NCBI GenBank assembly: GCA_040755995.1
Contig: JBFMAF010000008.1
Location: forward strand, 32,001 to 96,000
Direction: 5' to 3'
Source of the DNA: Acidobacteriota bacterium
GTDB taxonomy: Bacteria > Acidobacteriota > CAIWXX01
DNA length: 64,000 bases
Part shown: positions 39,893 to 48,693 of the stretch, piece by piece
Layout: each line of letters starts with the position of its first letter
How positions within the stretch are numbered: position 1 is the stretch's first letter
Program-made: the position numbers and the translations under genes
Notes under the pieces: model-generated
The model's input: the letters and a program-made list of their open reading frames with translations, nothing else
Told to the model about the DNA's origin: nothing
Databases searched by the model: none

Positions 39893-40354
39893 CTATGCCG
39901 GTGATTGAGAAACCGATTCCGATTGGCCGTCGCACGGTGATTCCGGCGTCTCTACGCACATCAGCGCCTCAGTCGGGCAGATCGCAACACAGGCGGGAGC
40001 CTCCCGGCCCGCGCACAGATCGCACTTGCGTGCAACCTGTGTCTCCAAGTCCCGCGCAATAGCATCGTACGGGCAGACCATCACGCACATCCAGCAGCCG
40101 ACGCAGCGCGTCGAGTCGAGCCGCACGACTCCGCCGGCGTACCGTTCGATGCAGCCCGTCATGCAGGCGTCCATGCACGGTGCCGGGTCGCAGTGGCGGC
40201 AGAGCGACTGGAACTCGTACCGCTCGAAGAGATCCTGGCGCACGATGATGGCGCCTTTGCGCCAGCTGGCGACGCCGAGCTTCACCGTGGCGCAGGCGGT
40301 CGCGCAGAGCCGGCAGCCGGTGCACAGGTCCGGATTGGCGAATACCCGTCTCAT
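39893..40354 (-). CDS. 4Fe-4S polyferredoxin subunit of AOR
   Basis: CTGCRLC, CRHC..APC..AC, CVGCWMC..VCPY, KCDLC...PAC...CP. Confidence 0.9.
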   Translation of the reverse strand: MRRVFANPDLCTGCRLCATACATVKLGVASWRKGAIIVRQDLFERYEFQSLCRHCDPAPCMDACMTGCIERYAGGVVRLDSTRCVGCWMCVMVCPYDAIARDLETQVARKCDLCAGREAPACVAICPTEALMCVETPESPCDGQSESVSQSPA

Positions 40355-40373
40355 CACGCCCACCCCGCCCGAA

Positions 40374-42227
40374 TCATAGCGATTCAAACTCCTCCACGCG
40401 CTGCCTCGGCGGCTTCCCCTCCCTGTCCCAGCCATGCAGCGCGTAGTACTCGTCGAGCATCTGCGAAAAACTCTCCCGATCGATCCGATGGCCCGTCGTC
40501 TTGCGGCCGGTCATCGGCTCGTCGAAATACCGGGCGGGGAGCGTGTCGTCTTTCCGCGTGGCGCCTTCACGCATGTTGATCACCCGCTCGAGGTCGACGA
40601 CACGCCGCCCCACCTCGACCAGCTCCTCCCTGCCGATCTCCAGGCCGGTCGCGAGATAGATCAGCTCGCTGAAGTGATCGTAGTTGAGGTTGCGGGGGCT
40701 GTTGAAGCCGTGGCAGATGAACTTGCAGATGCCGACGCAATCCACCACGGCAAAGATGGTCTCGCCGAACGTGACGACGACCGCCTTGCTGTGATAGGAG
40801 GTCGGGTTTGGATCAACCGGTTGGCCGTAGATCTGCCGGGTGACATCGGCGGGCAGATCGAAGATCTCGAGCGTCGGGCGGCTGCGAAGATGGTCGGCGC
40901 CGCGCGAGGCGGTCGCGATGCCCAGGGCGAACCCCTTGAGGTACCGCACGTCGTGCGGGTCGGACTGGGGAAGGCCTTTGACGGCGATCAGGAAAGCCTC
41001 TGAACCAGGGAAGCGGGCCGCGACGCGACTGCCCTCCGCCAGCAAGTCGCCCAGGTCGCGCCGCGCAGCAATATCGTAGATCAACCCCTTCATGGTGTAG
41101 TAGTCGCCGAACCTCAGCTCGCGGCCTCCCGTCAAGGTCGTGTCGAGCATTCCGCGCTGGCTCAGCTCGATAGCCCATGCCAGGTAGGTGCCTGTGGAGG
41201 ATACGTCCAGACCGAGATCGTTCACGATGTTCTGCAGATCGATGATCTGCGCCGTATCGGCGATGCCGATGTTGGCGCCCAGCAGCACTTCGGAGGTGTA
41301 CTCGGGCCCTTCGCCGCCGAGCGTGTTACGATGGCGGCAGTGCACGACACAGCCGGCGCATGCCAGCATTTTCTCTACGTACTTGTGGATCTCCTCGGCA
41401 TTCAGCGTTTCCTCGAAGGAGGTCCTCTGGCTGTTGTGCGTGCGAATCGCGCCGAGGTAGTTGCTGACGTCGTACAGCAGCGGCGTCCCGACGCCGCCCA
41501 GAATGCGAATCACCTTCGACTGCTGCAGGTACTTGCGAAGCTCCACTGATTTCGCGAGAAACGCCTCGGGATGCGCGATGGGTAGCCCGAGGTGGCCGCG
41601 CGCCACGATCGCCTTGAGGTTCTTCGCCCCCCAGACAGCGCCCGTGCCGCAGCGGCCTGCGGCGTTCTTCGGGCCATATCGCACGGCGGCGAACCGTACC
41701 TTGTTCTCCCCCGCCGTGCCGATCAACTCGACCTCGACATCGGCGCCGAGATCGTGCTTGAAACGCACGGTCGCCTCGGCGCAATCTTTGCCCCAGTATC
41801 TGGTGGCGTCGCGAATCTCGACGCGGCCGTCCTCGATGTAGAGATAGACCGGCGTGTCGGCCGCCCCAGTGATGATCAGGCGGTCGATGCCGGCATAGCG
41901 CATCTCCGGCCCCAGGAATCCGCCGATGTTCGAATCGCCGAGGATGCCGGATTCAGGCGACTTCGTCGTGATGCTATGTCGCCCTGAATTCGGCGCTCCT
42001 GTTCCCGTAAGCAGGCCCGTTCCGATGATGAGCGGGTTCTCGGGTGCGAGCGCGTCGGTGCCGGGCCGGAGATGCTTGTAGAGATAGTACATGTTCAGCC
42101 CGCGTCCTCCGACGAAGTTGCGCACCAGCTCGGGTGGGGTGACACCGATTTCAATGCGGCGTCCGGTCAAATCGACGTGGGCGAGCGTCGCGAGTGGACG
42201 GCTCTTTCCAGCTGCGCGATGCTCCAT
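40374..42227 (-). CDS. aor: Aldehyde:ferredoxin oxidoreductase (tungsten AOR family)
   Basis: GGRGL, KSPESG, AGEN, AAGRCGTGAVWGAKNLKA, CAGCVVHC, GPEY, DLGLD, RGADH, CKF, EYY...GWD. Confidence 0.93.
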   Translation of the reverse strand: MEHRAAGKSRPLATLAHVDLTGRRIEIGVTPPELVRNFVGGRGLNMYYLYKHLRPGTDALAPENPLIIGTGLLTGTGAPNSGRHSITTKSPESGILGDSNIGGFLGPEMRYAGIDRLIITGAADTPVYLYIEDGRVEIRDATRYWGKDCAEATVRFKHDLGADVEVELIGTAGENKVRFAAVRYGPKNAAGRCGTGAVWGAKNLKAIVARGHLGLPIAHPEAFLAKSVELRKYLQQSKVIRILGGVGTPLLYDVSNYLGAIRTHNSQRTSFEETLNAEEIHKYVEKMLACAGCVVHCRHRNTLGGEGPEYTSEVLLGANIGIADTAQIIDLQNIVNDLGLDVSSTGTYLAWAIELSQRGMLDTTLTGGRELRFGDYYTMKGLIYDIAARRDLGDLLAEGSRVAARFPGSEAFLIAVKGLPQSDPHDVRYLKGFALGIATASRGADHLRSRPTLEIFDLPADVTRQIYGQPVDPNPTSYHSKAVVVTFGETIFAVVDCVGICKFICHGFNSPRNLNYDHFSELIYLATGLEIGREELVEVGRRVVDLERVINMREGATRKDDTLPARYFDEPMTGRKTTGHRIDRESFSQMLDEYYALHGWDREGKPPRQRVEEFESL

Positions 42228-42278
42228 CTGGCTACTCCCCGACCTGTCTCCGCCCCGCCGGTGAATCGACTGGCCGAT

Positions 42279-43649
42279 CTACCATGGTCTCCTATCCTGC
42301 TCCCGTTCCGACCAACCTGCGTCATCGAACTGCTTGTGGTAGGGCTCGGCCAACTCCAGCGACTTGCGCCACGGCAGACCGACTCCCTCCATCTGGTCCC
42401 TGAACCAGGCGCGTCGCGAATCGAAGAGCGCCCTCTTGCCGTTCAACAGCGCGTCCTTTACCGGCGCGGCGGACCTCTGCGACTGTATCAGGTAGTTGAT
42501 CAATCCGACGGGGCCGAGGTCACCCACCACCACTGCGCCGATGAGGAGGTCGCGACGGAAGACGAGTTTCTGGTAGATCCGGCCTTCGAACGACTCGCGC
42601 AACCGCACCTCATCGCCCGGCTCCGGCTCGATCACCCCTATCGACATGATCGGGGTGCCGAAAAGCGGCAGGGCGGTCATGCCGATGTAGCCGCCATGTT
42701 CGGTGGAATGCCCGGCCATGTTCAAACCCGCGATGCGCCCCTGCGCGTGCGCGTTGGGCCAGTTCGCGTTCACGAACACGCTGCCACGGGTCACGTCGTG
42801 CGTCTCGGCCACATCACCGGCGGCATACACCCCGGGCACGTTCGTCTCGAAGAAGCTGTTCACCAGTACCCCGACGTCAGTCCTCACGCGCGTGCCGCTC
42901 ACCAGACTCAGATTCGGCCTGACGCCCGTCGCCTTGACGACCACTGAGCATTCGATCTTCTCCCCGTTGTCCAGCAAGACGGCGGCCACACCGTCCTCTC
43001 TGCTCCCCGACACCTCCGCCAAGCGACGTCCTACCAGAACGCGTATGCGATTCTGCTCGAGAATCGCGCGCGCGTGCTCGGATGCAGGGGCGTCAAGTAT
43101 TCGACTGAGAATGTGGGGCAACAGCTCCACGAGCGTGACATCCAGTCCGGCGCCGCGCAGTCCGCAGGCAGCCTGAATCCCCACCAGCCCCGCACCCACG
43201 ACGACGGCCGTGCGGCGGGACGAGCCGCACGCCGCAATGCGAGCGCGGATCGCCTCTGCGTCTCCCCGCCTCCAGAAATCGAAGACCCCGGTGCGATCAG
43301 ACCCCCTGAGCGGCGGGAACGTCTGGACCGAGCCGGTTGCGATGAGGAGCCTGTCGTAGTGCATCGTTTCCCCGTCTGCGAGAACGACCGTCTTCGAGTC
43401 GACGTCGAGCGATTCGGCGCGGACGCCGAGTCGCGGCTCGATCCGCAAGCGTTGATAGAAGTCGGCGGGCCGGTAACGCATTCCGTCGGCCGTCGTTTCG
43501 CCTGCGACGAAGTGCGAAATGAGCGGCCGCGAATAGACGTGATGCGGCTCATCACCGACAACCACGATCTCGCAGCTCCTGTCCACCGCGCGGATGGACT
43601 CTGCCGCGCCGATGCCAGCCGCGCTGTTGCCTACGATCAGATAGCGCAT
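42279..43649 (-). CDS. FAD/NAD(P)-dependent oxidoreductase (AOR flavoprotein partner)
   Basis: VGNSAAG, YSRPL, LLIATGS, VGAGLVG, YAAGDVAE. Confidence 0.9.
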   Translation of the reverse strand: MRYLIVGNSAAGIGAAESIRAVDRSCEIVVVGDEPHHVYSRPLISHFVAGETTADGMRYRPADFYQRLRIEPRLGVRAESLDVDSKTVVLADGETMHYDRLLIATGSVQTFPPLRGSDRTGVFDFWRRGDAEAIRARIAACGSSRRTAVVVGAGLVGIQAACGLRGAGLDVTLVELLPHILSRILDAPASEHARAILEQNRIRVLVGRRLAEVSGSREDGVAAVLLDNGEKIECSVVVKATGVRPNLSLVSGTRVRTDVGVLVNSFFETNVPGVYAAGDVAETHDVTRGSVFVNANWPNAHAQGRIAGLNMAGHSTEHGGYIGMTALPLFGTPIMSIGVIEPEPGDEVRLRESFEGRIYQKLVFRRDLLIGAVVVGDLGPVGLINYLIQSQRSAAPVKDALLNGKRALFDSRRAWFRDQMEGVGLPWRKSLELAEPYHKQFDDAGWSEREQDRRPW

Positions 43650-43719
43650 CGCCGCCTCCACCGGGCCTTCGAAAATCGACGCTGGACGACGCGCCACCGG
43701 GCGTATGGTGCGGGGTCTC

Positions 43720-44460
43720 TCACGAGTGGCTCGGGTGAAATGCCCATATCGTGGCGATACCGGCCAGCATGAGGGCGAACTGCAGAATCGATTCGGCCGG
43801 ACGTTTCTTTCCCCGGCGTCCCGGAATGAGGTCAGCCAGGGCGATGTAGATGAAGCTTGCCGCCGAAAGCGCGAGCACATAGGGCGCCACAGCGAGTATG
43901 GAACGCGTGGCGAGGTAGGCCAGAACCGCACCGACCAGCGTGAACGAGCTGGAGAGACTGTTGTAGAGCATGGCCGAGGCGCGGCGGTAGCCCGAGTCCA
44001 CGAGGATCATGAAGTCACCGACCTCCTGCGGGATCTCGTGCGCGATTACTGCGATGGGTGTGGCGATGCCCAGATCTGTCGACGTGACGAAAGCCATCGT
44101 GATGGCGATTCCATCCACGAAGTTGTGGAACGCGTCTCCCACCAGCACCAGCGCACCTGCCGACGAATGAACGTCGCAATGCGGATCGTGGCAGTGCCTC
44201 CAGACCACCAGCTCCTCGAGGACGAAGAACAGCAGGATGCCGAACAGCACAGTTCGGAGTGTGGCGGGCCCGGAGAGCCGCTCCAGAGCGTATGGGATCA
44301 TGCCGATGAAGGCGGCTCCGAGCAGCGTGCCGGTCGCGTAGCTCACGACGTTCGGGACCAGCCATTGGCTCTTCCCGTCCTTGAATAGCAGCACTGCGCC
44401 CGCTATCAACACCGATCCGACACTCCCGAGCGCACTGAAGAGTATGATCATTCTCAGCAT
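43720..44460 (-). CDS. ZIP family divalent metal transporter
   Basis: HCH loop, GDAFHNFVDG, HEIPQEVGD, FIYIALADL. Confidence 0.92.
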   Translation of the reverse strand: MLRMIILFSALGSVGSVLIAGAVLLFKDGKSQWLVPNVVSYATGTLLGAAFIGMIPYALERLSGPATLRTVLFGILLFFVLEELVVWRHCHDPHCDVHSSAGALVLVGDAFHNFVDGIAITMAFVTSTDLGIATPIAVIAHEIPQEVGDFMILVDSGYRRASAMLYNSLSSSFTLVGAVLAYLATRSILAVAPYVLALSAASFIYIALADLIPGRRGKKRPAESILQFALMLAGIATIWAFHPSHS

Positions 44461-44687
44461 GGGCTCACTCCGAACGATCGGCTCTCCTGCGTGCTCATCC
44501 CCTCGTGGAAGGTGGCCATCTCTTGAAGCGGTCTCGGTGGCACAGCCTCTTTCCCACAACGTGGCCATAGCAGGAAACGCGCCAACCCCAGTCGACCGCG
44601 TGATCTGAGTGCCTTCTCTCGATGAATCTCCGGGTTGCGGTCGTGACCTGGGCGTTGCCGACGCGTGCGGGGTCGCATCGCCGCCAC

Positions 44688-45248
44688 TCACTCGGCAGAT
44701 CGAGTCGCTCCAGTGCGACTTCGCTGGACCTCGACCATTGCACCTGCGAGATACCTTGCGGCTAGACTGACGTAGAGGTCCTTCGCCCAGTGGGTCATTG
44801 GGGCGTGACGCTCGTTCACCTCGCCGGTGACCCTCGCCGGCACGCCCACCGCAATCCTGCGGGGCGGGATCTTCTGGCTGTTCTTGACCAGGGTCATTTC
44901 ACCAACTATGGCGCCCTCTCCCACCTCAGAGAAGTCGCTCACCACCGCGCGCATGCCGATGACGGCACCATCCCTGATCGTGGCGTTGTGGATCATGGCG
45001 CCGTGGCCGACGGTGACCCGCTTGCCGATCCGCGTGCAGTCCTCGGGCCGGGCGTGCACGATGACCCCTTCCTCGACGGCGGTCTCATCCCCGATCTCTA
45101 TGGAACCGTAATCGCCGCGCAAGATAGCGCCGTGCCCGATGTAGCAGCTCTCACCGATCGTCACTCTCCCAATGATCTGCGCAGAGGGGGATACATAGGC
45201 GCTTCCGGCGATGTCAGGGTGGCGTTCCTCGAAAGCGTAGACTGGCAT
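44688..45248 (-). CDS. Gamma-class carbonic anhydrase family protein
   Basis: Hexapeptide repeats, LRGD, VH, TVGHGAMIH, GVPA. Confidence 0.9.
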   Translation of the reverse strand: MPVYAFEERHPDIAGSAYVSPSAQIIGRVTIGESCYIGHGAILRGDYGSIEIGDETAVEEGVIVHARPEDCTRIGKRVTVGHGAMIHNATIRDGAVIGMRAVVSDFSEVGEGAIVGEMTLVKNSQKIPPRRIAVGVPARVTGEVNERHAPMTHWAKDLYVSLAARYLAGAMVEVQRSRTGATRSAE

Positions 45249-45329
45249 TGTTCATCCTTTCCATCAAAGCGGCTCTTTGCATTGGATCAAGTCCAGATGC
45301 GTTTCACATCATACTTCAAACCTCCAGAG

Positions 45330-45482
45330 ATCGGCCCCTCATCGCCACCCTGCCCATCGCCTCATACAGCACGGGAACCACAATCAGGCGCAGGTGGAAG
45401 GCAAAGGGGAACCCGCCGAGGTAGACGACGGCCTGCGGCCTGTGCAACTCGGCGCCGGTAGACCTTGTGAGGGCGAGTGGCA
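45330..45482 (-). pseudogene. Degenerate copy of the 3' end of the RND permease gene (~51615-51772)
   Basis: Encodes PLALTRSTGAELHRPQAVVYLGG...LRLIVVPVLYEAMG, nearly matching the intact gene. Confidence 0.85.
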
Positions 45483-45489
45483 ACGAGCT

Positions 45490-47757
45490 TCAATCGAAGC
45501 TGTATTCCAGCTTGGCGAAGAACGTTCTCATGTAGCGCGGGCCGTAGACGTAGCCGGCGTCTCTGTCCGGTCCCCGGTCCAGATCAGACTGGAATTGATC
45601 GAAAAGGTTGCTCACTCCCGCAGTGAGCCGCACTTTGGCCCTGCCTGAGGGATCTGCCCACAAATCCCTTGCGCCCGTCAGATCAAGGACATAGAAAGAA
45701 GGCGTTTCCTCCAGCCGGCTAGCCTGGATGTATCCGGCGTAGTGCGGGACAAGCATTCTTCCGGTATACTGCAGCCTTCCGGATATGTTCGTTTTTGTCC
45801 TGCTCTCGTAATAGTCGGCAGAAAGGTACCCGTATGTCTCGGGTGTCCTGAAGAATGACCTTTGATTGAAATCAGGTTCAGGATGATCGTACAGCCCCTG
45901 CTCCCAGGTGAATCCTGCTGCGAATCCCAGCTTCTCACCGATCTCGATCCTTGTAGCGATTTCAACTCCGTAGCTCCTTGCAGCGCCGGCGTTTATTCTC
46001 TGGAACACAAGCTCATCGTCTCCGGAGTGCAGAGGCTGGAGTGCAAAGGCATCCCTGAGCCTCGTATAGAACCCCGTTACGGCGACTGATTGAGTCATTG
46101 TCTCTCCCGCTGTCCAGTTGTTCTGGAGACCCGCACTGTAGCTTGTGGAAGACTCCTCTCTGAGCGTTGGATCGTTGATTATGATCGCACCTTGGCCTCC
46201 GACCTGAGTGATATGCAGGTCCTCGTCAAAGACCTTCGGGGCGCAGAATCCGCGGGAGACTGCCGCCCTGAGTCTCCAGCTGTCGCTGAGTGAGATCATC
46301 ACGTTGCCGCGGGGGCTCATGACTGTCTTGTTCAATACATTGGGCCTGTCCAACCGAAGCCCGCCTACAACGGTGACTCGATTGCCCAGAGTGATTTCAT
46401 CCTGAACGAAAACTCCGGTGTTCGTGTACACGTCGTCAATGACTCTGTCATAAGCAAGAGCCTCGTCTTTCAGCCATTCACGATCCAATGCGAGGCCGGC
46501 AACAAGATAGTGTTTCTCAATCTGATGGTGCAGAACCGCCTCGAAATTGACCAGAGGGTTGGTCGACTTTCCATACGCATTCGGATCCATGTTGGAACCA
46601 TAATAGGAATCTCTTCTTGTATAGGCAAAGGCCATGGAAGTTTCGTAGAAGCTTTTGCCCGAAAGGAGCTGTCTCCATCGTGCTCTCCCGCCATATCGCA
46701 GAGTATCGGCTGCCTCTGCGGTCAAGGCCTCATGGGGAGGAAGATCGAGCCTGTCTCCACCTCTGCGGTCCTCGTGAAATCTGTGAATATCAACAGTGAG
46801 CTGGCCCTTGTTCGCCAGCAGATCCTGGAAGAATCGAACGCCGAAGGCTTCAAGCTTCTTGTATCCCATATCCGAGAATCCGTCCCCGTCTCTGTCAATC
46901 GGGGCCACCCGGTCCACCTTTCCGAAGCCGAGTATCCCCGTATCCCCGGACGAATTCACAGCAGAAAACAGGCCGGAGCCAAGACACTCCGGCCTCCCGT
47001 TCTGCCACCCCTGCTGATAACTCATCCGGAACATCGTTTCCTCCGGGTTCTTCCCCACGATGTTAACCACCCCCGCGACAGCTGAAGCTCCGAATAGCGC
47101 GGAGCCCCCACCCTTCACAACCTCGATCTGCTGTATCATCTCCGGTGGAATCTGCTCAAGCCCGTATACGAGCGCAAGAGAGCTCAGCGAAGGACTGCCG
47201 TCAAGAAGCACCTGAGTGTAGCGTCCCTCAAGTCCGTTCAGTCGGATGTGGGTTATGTTGCAGTTCTGGCATGCGTTTTCTACTCTGACTCCGGTTACTG
47301 CCGTGAAAGCGTCTGAGACCGTTCTAACCAGAGGTGAAGCCAGCTCTCTGCTGCTGATGACTTCTGTCCTCACGGGCACATCCGCAAGAACTACCTCCCT
47401 CCTGGTTCCGGTAACCACTATTGCATCAGAAACCGCTTCCTTCTTGGTAAGTTCGATTAGTATCTCCTGAATGCCATCTCCTGCCAGAGACAACGGCGGG
47501 CATTCGCTCAGATAGTACCCTTCCATAAAGGCTTCGAGAGTGTACGTTCCGCCAGGCACTTCTGCAAAGCAGAAGTCCCCGTTTCTATCGGTCGACACAA
47601 CTCTACCTAACGGCTTCAGTATTACATCCGCCGAACAGACAGGACTTCCGTCTTTTCCTGCTGTGACTCGGCCTCTGATCGTCCCTGCGCCGCAGAGGCC
47701 TACGCAGCAGAATACGAGAATCGCGCAAACGAAAAGCTGAACACATTGCCTACTCAT
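45490..47757 (-). CDS. TonB-dependent receptor with N-terminal carboxypeptidase-regulatory-like domain and plug CxxC
   Basis: VVTGTR, ENACQNC, RLNGLEG, IEVVKGGGSALFG, YVYGP. Confidence 0.9.
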   Translation of the reverse strand: MSRQCVQLFVCAILVFCCVGLCGAGTIRGRVTAGKDGSPVCSADVILKPLGRVVSTDRNGDFCFAEVPGGTYTLEAFMEGYYLSECPPLSLAGDGIQEILIELTKKEAVSDAIVVTGTRREVVLADVPVRTEVISSRELASPLVRTVSDAFTAVTGVRVENACQNCNITHIRLNGLEGRYTQVLLDGSPSLSSLALVYGLEQIPPEMIQQIEVVKGGGSALFGASAVAGVVNIVGKNPEETMFRMSYQQGWQNGRPECLGSGLFSAVNSSGDTGILGFGKVDRVAPIDRDGDGFSDMGYKKLEAFGVRFFQDLLANKGQLTVDIHRFHEDRRGGDRLDLPPHEALTAEAADTLRYGGRARWRQLLSGKSFYETSMAFAYTRRDSYYGSNMDPNAYGKSTNPLVNFEAVLHHQIEKHYLVAGLALDREWLKDEALAYDRVIDDVYTNTGVFVQDEITLGNRVTVVGGLRLDRPNVLNKTVMSPRGNVMISLSDSWRLRAAVSRGFCAPKVFDEDLHITQVGGQGAIIINDPTLREESSTSYSAGLQNNWTAGETMTQSVAVTGFYTRLRDAFALQPLHSGDDELVFQRINAGAARSYGVEIATRIEIGEKLGFAAGFTWEQGLYDHPEPDFNQRSFFRTPETYGYLSADYYESRTKTNISGRLQYTGRMLVPHYAGYIQASRLEETPSFYVLDLTGARDLWADPSGRAKVRLTAGVSNLFDQFQSDLDRGPDRDAGYVYGPRYMRTFFAKLEYSFD

Positions 47758-47879
47758 AGTTCTCTCCAGGTCTGATTACGGTATGCAGAATCGGTCACAC
47801 GGTATTGATGAAGCCAACGCGCCCCGATGCGATGGCGCGGTTTGCAGCATGTCAGGACGTCGCGGAGTGGGTCGGCGCC

Positions 47880-48029
47880 TTGGACATCCGAATCGATGTT
47901 GATCCAGGGCCGCCCAAGCGCACCGGCTTGATCAGCCCTCACCAGGCAAGGCTCGTTTTGCTCGCTGCCCGACCGCATTAACGGGTTCGAGCCCGGCGCC
48001 AGCAAGACGCACTCCACGAATGACATCAC
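47880..48029 (-). pseudogene. Degenerate TolC N-terminal remnant
   Basis: SFVECVLLAPGSNPLMRS...QAGALGRPWINIDSDVQ aligns with SLADCVSLALARNPLVRS...QAKALPQPSIDIDSDLQ of 56068..57324. Confidence 0.72.
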
Positions 48030-48100
48030 TGCACCTCCCCACGAACGTCGACGTACGAGAGTGTACTAACTGAACGAAACGAAATGAGCAGAGGGGGGCT

Positions 48101-48373
48101 TCAGGCGAGAGGAGGCGAGCGGGATAGCGGAATAATCAGCCATGCGCGGCGGGGCACAGAGAAGACCACCGGCTGCAGCATTTCCACTACAACCAGCTGG
48201 CACGGAGGACTCAGGTTCACCTGATGAGGCGTTCCGATCGACTGGCCGTAGTTGCATGCCGGACAGTGGTCGTTTGAAGAGATGCTTTCTTCTGTGTGCG
48301 AGAAATTGACGGACGCCAGGACGAACAGGAACAGAGCCAGGAAACCCGCCACAGCCCATCTGTTTTGCCTCAC
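48101..48373 (-). CDS. Leader protein, DUF2946/CruR-like (CPAC, C-terminal RSPP), copy 3
   Basis: Hydrophobic N-terminus, SHTE, CPAC, PLSRSPPLA; two paralogs in window. Confidence 0.75.
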   Translation of the reverse strand: MRQNRWAVAGFLALFLFVLASVNFSHTEESISSNDHCPACNYGQSIGTPHQVNLSPPCQLVVVEMLQPVVFSVPRRAWLIIPLSRSPPLA

Positions 48374-48558
48374 CAGATACACTCCCATCGCCAATCTACG
48401 CCAGAGGTCGGCCGGAATTCAGGATGATACGCGGCATACCGTCGAGCCGCGTTGGGGGCGGAAGTAGGCGGCGCTTGGGCTCGACGCGGAACGTCGTCGC
48501 CCGTCCATGTGGCATCTGCCGCCAGCCAGCCTTCGTGCTGCCAGTGTCCTTGCATCTC

Positions 48559-48589
48559 TATAATGACAGTGACTCTCATTTTCATTATA
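48559..48589. promoter_or_regulatory. Fur-family operator
   Basis: Minus strand TATAATGAAAATGAGAGTCACTGTCATTATA, a palindromic array resembling overlapping Fur boxes. Confidence 0.7.
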
Positions 48590-48611
48590 CAACAACTGCG
48601 AAACCTGTCAA
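48584..48611 (-). promoter_or_regulatory. Sigma-70 promoter
   Basis: TTGACA (48611-48606), 16-nt spacer, TATAAT (48589-48584). Confidence 0.8.
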
Positions 48612-48693
48612 CACGCTACTGGCGAGGCGCGGCCTCAGACTCGCGAAGCATGCATCGTTCTGACGGCTGCGCCTCGCCTCGACAGTGGAAGGC

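Noticed and set aside
44520..44640. Possible RimJ/RimL GNAT remnant (WERGCATET)
   Set aside because: Too short and needs a frameshift
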